DNA from: Candidatus Rokuibacteriota bacterium
Lineage (GTDB): Bacteria; Methylomirabilota; Methylomirabilia; Rokubacteriales; DASRDR01
Direction: 5' to 3'
Assembly: GCA_044866005.1 (NCBI GenBank)
Contig: JBIOTN010000172.1
Span: forward strand, 1-37,991
Length of the DNA stretch: 37,991 nucleotides
Shown here: positions 36,701 through 37,991 of the stretch, one piece after another
Position numbering within the stretch: the first letter of the stretch is position 1
Layout of the letters: every line of letters begins with the position of its first letter
Notes under the pieces: model-generated
What the model was told of the DNA's origin: nothing
Database searches by the model: none
What the model saw: the letters and a program-made list of their open reading frames with translations, nothing else
Program-made: the position numbers and the translations under genes

Positions 36701-37405
36701 TCAGAGCCCGAGATACGCCTCCTTGATGTAGGGGTCGTCGAGGAGCTCGGTCGCGGTCCCGGCGCGCACGATGCGGCCGGTCTCGAGCACGTACCCGTAG
36801 TGCGCGATCGCGAGCGCCTGGTGGACGTTCTGCTCGACCAGGAGCACGGTGACGCCGGCGCGGTTCACGGCGACCAGCGTCTGGAAGAGCTCGGCCACGA
36901 CGAGCGGGGCCAGCCCGAGCGACGGCTCGTCGAGCATGAGGAGGCGCGGCCGAGCCATGAGCCCGCGCGCGATCGCGAGCATCTGCTGCTCGCCCCCGGA
37001 GAGCGTGCCGGCGAGCTGTCCCTGGCGCTCGGCGAGGCGCGGGAAGAGGCTCGCCACCCAGGCCAGGCTCTCCTGCCGCGCGCCCCGCGCATGCGCCGGA
37101 TAGGCCCCCAGCTCGAGGTTCTCGCGCACGGTCATCCCGGCCCAGAGCCGCCGGCCCTCGGGGATGTGACTGATGCCGAGCGCGACGATCGCGTGGGGCG
37201 CGAGGGCGGTCACGTCGCGCGCCTCGAAGCGAATCGCGCCGTGCCGTGGCCGGGCCAGCCCCGAGACGGCGCGAAGGGTCGTGGTCTTGCCCGCGCCGTT
37301 CGCGCCCAGGAGCGTCACGATCCGGCCCGCGGGGACCTCGAAATCGACGCCCCAGAGCGCCGGGACGTCGCCGTGGCTGACCTGGAGCGCCGTGACGGTG
37401 AGCAT
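36701..37405 (-). CDS. livF: Branched-chain amino acid ABC transporter ATP-binding protein (LivF-like)
   Basis: LLGANGAGKTT, HIPEGRR, ENLELGA, LSGGEQQMLAI, LDEPSLGLAP, LLVEQN, YVLETG, EAYLG. Confidence 0.88.
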   Translation of the reverse strand: MLTVTALQVSHGDVPALWGVDFEVPAGRIVTLLGANGAGKTTTLRAVSGLARPRHGAIRFEARDVTALAPHAIVALGISHIPEGRRLWAGMTVRENLELGAYPAHARGARQESLAWVASLFPRLAERQGQLAGTLSGGEQQMLAIARGLMARPRLLMLDEPSLGLAPLVVAELFQTLVAVNRAGVTVLLVEQNVHQALAIAHYGYVLETGRIVRAGTATELLDDPYIKEAYLGL

Positions 37406-37659
37406 GGGGCCGAGGGTGGCGCCAGGATACGGCGCGCGCCCCGGGCGGTCAACGCACGTCCTCGTTCTCACGTCCTCGTTCGGCCCCCGCCGTCCCGCCG
37501 CGACATTCGGCCGAGCGACGTGCCAACCTGGCTCGGATGTCGTGACGCCCTGGCATTCGGCACTCTCTCGCTTTCTCCCGTCCCAGCTGAGAGCAGTGAT
37601 GTTTCGCGGCCTTACGCTGCTCCGCCGAATCTCCTTCGCTTTTCCTGCGGGGAGCGACG

Positions 37660-37675
37660 CGGCACTGGATATGCT
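37660..37675 (+). promoter_or_regulatory. Sigma-54 (-24/-12) promoter
   Basis: cGGCACtggatATGCt: GG at 37661-37662 and GC at 37673-37674 with exactly 10 nt between them. Confidence 0.6.
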
Positions 37676-37828
37676 CTCTTGGCGCGTTGCGGAGACCGGT
37701 TCCGGGCAGGGCACGCGGGTGGCGAGGGGGGCAGAGCGCCACGGGGCCCTGGGGTCGGGTTGCCGAAGGAAGGAGGTCGGGAGGCAGCTCGGGGCATGGT
37801 GGCCGCCGCAGAAACGGGGGGGGGCACC

Positions 37829-37991
37829 ATGGGAGGGCGGACAGGCGCGGCGGTCGGCTGGATCGGGCTGTTGGTCGTGGGTGGGGCGTGGCTGTTGGGG
37901 GGCGTGGGGATGGCGAGCGCGCAGCCCCCCGCGTGCGGGTCGGTGACGGACGGGCTGCCGCGGGCGCTGCCGGCGCTGACGGTGCCGGCGC
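37829..37991 (+). CDS. Exported protein, 3'-truncated by window edge
   Basis: ATG after a G-rich RBS; MGGRTGAAVGWIGLLVVGGAWLLGGVGMASA-QPPAC... looks like a signal peptide; frame open to the window end. Confidence 0.55.
   Translation, partial: MGGRTGAAVGWIGLLVVGGAWLLGGVGMASAQPPACGSVTDGLPRALPALTVPA

Noticed and set aside
36701..37714. Extended 337-aa N-terminus for livF
   Set aside because: The family start MLTVTALQV is at 37405, and the extension runs through a regulatory region.

Overview
Very GC-rich, densely coding bacterial chromosomal window. The gene style (multi-GAF hybrid kinase, repeated ABC_sub_bind-type binding proteins) suggests Candidatus Rokubacteria/Methylomirabilota, but this is only an inference. 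The left part carries acyl-CoA and sugar-acid metabolism genes, apt, a 7-GAF hybrid histidine kinase and trpD. The main discovery is at 17658-18371: three short in-frame ORF pieces join through two TGA codons into one 237-aa MerB (organomercurial lyase)-like protein. Both TGAs sit at the positions of MerB's two catalytic cysteines, and each is followed by its own SECIS-like hairpin, so this is a probable double-selenocysteine lyase missed by ORF calling. Nearby are a HAL-fold lyase lacking the MIO-forming ASG motif (ergothionase-like) and a cluster that looks dedicated to methylated onium compounds: divergent DddP-like and DddQ-like genes, a peptide-type ABC transporter, a BHMT-like methyltransferase and a sarcosine/dimethylglycine-oxidase-like flavoprotein. 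Two internally deleted pseudogenes and several promoters are also visible, including a sigma-54 promoter at the right end. No rRNA, tRNA, CRISPR array or mobile element was recognised. All family calls come from motif recognition, not database searches.
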